Source: Pristiophorus japonicus (lineage: Eukaryota). From it: DNA of 64,000 nucleotides. The notes under the pieces are model-generated. The model saw only the letters and a program-made list of their open reading frames with translations. It ran no database searches and was not told the origin of the DNA. The position numbers were made by a program, and so were the translations under genes. Below, piece after piece: positions 62,201-64,000 of this stretch. The DNA lies in NCBI RefSeq assembly GCF_044704955.1, contig NC_091984.1:177816001-177880000 (forward strand), read 5' to 3'. Each line of letters opens with the position of its first letter. Position 1 is the stretch's first letter.

Positions 62201-64000
62201 GAGTTGACTATTGAGCTGAAATTTTAAGTTATCCTGCCATTTTATTAATCGGTCGCACAACAGCACTTAAATACTGTGTACAGTTCTGCTTACCACAGAA
62301 CTAAAATGATATTGCAGCTTTGAAAAAATAAAAGTGAGAGCAACCATTATGATTGATGCGATGGGGCAATGGAGTATGTGGAGCAGTTATATAAATTGGG
62401 CATGTTCTCACTGGAAAGGATGCAAATGAGATAGATTTATTTCCGAAAATAGTATTTTGAGATATAGTATAGGAGCAATTTGAGACGTGGCATGTGGTAC
62501 GTCTAGCTTGCTTGGGGGGAACAAATCTTTGGATATATAGTTTGCAAAGATCTCCACCATTGGGGATTTGCTCGCATCATGTCCCTGTCTGTTATTTACT
62601 AATGGATATAGTCCGATTGCTCTAATTAGTCAACACTTCCGTTGTAATTGACGATGCGACTACCAGAATGGTAGAAGGTGAACTAGATGGAGCGTGTACG
62701 TTATCATCCGGCAAACCCTATGTTCCTTAAAATAAATTAATAAATAAATTGTGATTAGAACATGTAATGGGAAAATATTCAAAAAGGAAAAAATAAAAAA
62801 AAGGACGGAGCAACAAAAAAAAACAGATTCTAAAACGGAACGCAGTGGATCGCGATAACCAGCAGCGCATCTCTTCAATGTCTGATGCCAAAAAGAAAAA
62901 AACATGATTAACGATGGAAACGTTGGGAACAAGAACACGAATGGACATGAAAGAAAGTGTGTGAAAAATTAGGAACTAATGTGAAATATAGAACGCAAAA
63001 GAAAAACCCAGAGAGACTAACGACTGTCACAGGGAAAAGAGAAGGATCGACAGATTAAAAATCAAAAAACGGAGAGCAGAAGATTGCATTTTCAAAGGAC
63101 ACGCTGTAATTGTGGAAAGGAAAGCACACGGTCCAAAAAAAATTGAAGAAACGGATCTCAGGAAGTGCAAACAGTGGATGGTATGTTACGTTATATCCTG
63201 TTTCAACAACAACAGTAAATTGTATTTATATAGCACGGTTACCGCATTAAAACGTACCAGGGCGCTTCACAGGAGCATTATCAATTAAAAGTTTGACACC
63301 AAGTCACAGAAAGAGATATTAGGGCAGATGACAGAGGTAGGTTTCAAGGAGTGTCTTGAAGGAGAAGCCGGAGGTAGAGAGGCGGAGTGGTTGAAGGAGT
63401 GAATTCCAGAACTTAGAGCCTTGGTAGCTGGAGGCATTGCTGCCAGTGGTAAGCAATGGAAACTGGGGATGCACAAAAGGCCAGAATTTGAGAGATCTCG
63501 GAGTGCTGTAGAGCTGGACGAGGTTACAGAGATAAGGAGGGGAAAAAACATGCAAATGTTTGAGTGCACGGATAAGAACTTTCAACTCGAGCTTTTGCCA
63601 ATATAATTCAGCGACCACAGGGGTGAGGGATGAACATGACTTGGTACGAGATAGGATACGGCAGCAGAGTTTTGGACGAGTCCAAGTTTATGGAGAGTGC
63701 AGGATGGGTGGCCGGCCAAGAAAACATTGAAATAGTCAAGACTAAAGTTAAAATGGACGAGAATGAGGGTTCCAGCAGGAGATGAGCTGAAACAGGGGCG
63801 GAGATGGGCAATCATGACATATCTCCAGACAGGTTGAGAAAGATAAGGAGGACAAGTTTACCACAGTCATAGTCACATAGGATGTCATTTGTGACTTTGA
63901 TTATGGCCGTTTCAGGCAGGATTGTTAAACTGATTGTAAGGATACAAACAGGAAGTTGTAGGAATAATTGGCACGGATTTGGGATTCAAAGATTCTGTAG
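56265..64000 (+). repeat. Paralogous copy of the flank downstream of cluster 1 (~15610-17890 plus 25819-33600), without the ERV or the RTE
   Basis: Collinear order L2(-), CR1(+), empty ERV site, L2(+), old CR1, purine-rich unique block, L2(-), with shared element junctions. Roughly 75-80% identity by eye. Confidence 0.85.
58148..59733 (+). mobile_element. 5'-truncated CR1 specific to the second unit
   Basis: MGLKTNKS..LQEVAIEIVDAL, GVPQGPVL..ADD and a 3' tail. Not present at 26015-26470. Confidence 0.8.

Overview
Vertebrate genomic DNA, almost certainly from a cartilaginous fish (shark-type Ig light-chain clusters plus CR1, L2, RTE, SINE and Harbinger repeats). It holds two tandem, same-strand Ig lambda (type II/NS3-like) light-chain clusters, each leader - germline-joined VJ - C (4704-12873 and 49454-~52654). 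Both are pseudogenes and both lie in old duplicated units filled with nested transposons. Between them is a complete 7.9-kb class III (ERV-S/ERV-L-like) provirus on the minus strand (17891-25813), with ATATT TSD, paired LTRs, tRNA-Ser PBS, gag, pro-pol and env. The main observation is inside gag. A 156-nt intronless segment (24598-24753) encodes the N-terminus of integrin beta-1 ([51 protein letters not shown]) and is in frame with gag at both ends. This looks like a fossil of retroviral transduction of a host mRNA, and the junctions fit a splice plus template-switch mechanism. All alignments were done by eye, and family assignments rely on recalled motifs, not database searches.
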